Assembly: GCA_041752005.1 (NCBI GenBank) | Contig: JBGSHV010000015.1 | Span: 22,765 to 86,764, forward strand | Reading direction: 5' to 3' | Length of the DNA: 64,000 bases | Source: Pirellula sp. | GTDB lineage: Bacteria; Planctomycetota; Planctomycetia; Pirellulales; Pirellulaceae | In this document: piece by piece, positions 63,810 to 64,000 of the stretch | Layout: every line of letters begins with the position of its first letter | How positions within the stretch are numbered: the stretch's first letter is position 1 | The notes under the pieces: generated by a model | What the model saw: the letters and a program-made list of their open reading frames with translations, nothing else | The model's database searches: none | Told to the model about the DNA's origin: nothing | Translations under genes and position numbers: made by a program

Positions 63810-64000
63810 GTTGCTTGGTGACCCGTGGACAAAGAAAACAAACCGTTGCACCAAAGGATAGTCCGCGAACCGAGCGAGGTCTACCTGCGGTTAAGAGAAA
63901 TTACCACGCTAGCAGGATGAGTCGAATCGCGAGAGCAGCGATGCGTCGATGGCGGCGACAATCCCGGCGGCTTTGGTCCAGGTTTCTTCTTCTTCCTGCT

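Noticed and set aside
63901-64000. Possible 3' end of a minus-strand gene at the window edge
   Set aside because: Two minus-strand frames stay open to the edge (ending ...IRLILLAW* at 63901 or ...SRFDSSC* at 63909). About 30 codons are too few to choose between them or to call a gene.

Overview
This 64-kb window is a chromosomal segment with about 55% GC and about 53 densely packed protein-coding genes. I found no rRNA, tRNA, CRISPR array, transposase, integrase or prophage genes. The gene content points to a Planctomycetota (Pirellula/Rhodopirellula-like) genome; this is an inference from motifs, not a database search. The evidence is two PSCyt/DUF1549/DUF1553 + DUF1501 gene pairs, DUF1570 and DUF1080 proteins, many lipobox lipoproteins, and proline-rich secreted proteins. 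Housekeeping genes I recognise with confidence are phosphoketolase, truB, a uvrA-family gene, tatC, acpP-fabF, tdh, class I mannose-6-phosphate isomerase, an NAD-dependent sugar epimerase and a peptidase S46. The rest is mostly cell-envelope and transport genes. The most unusual items: (1) two YtrA-type GntR + ABC modules, one of which carries an 844-aa fused double permease with an extra domain; (2) a Ser/Thr kinase fused to a TAXI solute-binding domain; (3) a thioredoxin-protease plus lipoprotein cluster; (4) a long minus-strand operon mixing cytochrome c, DUF1080, an orphan ABC ATPase and a YeiH-type transporter; (5) several single-domain orphan proteins (RNAP alpha-CTD-like, SAM-hydrolase C-domain-like, tandem AP2); (6) several in-frame and intergenic tandem repeats and palindromes. 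All functional calls rest on motif recognition by eye. CDS coordinates come from arithmetic on the ORF track. Non-coding coordinates were hand-counted and may be off by 1-2 nt.
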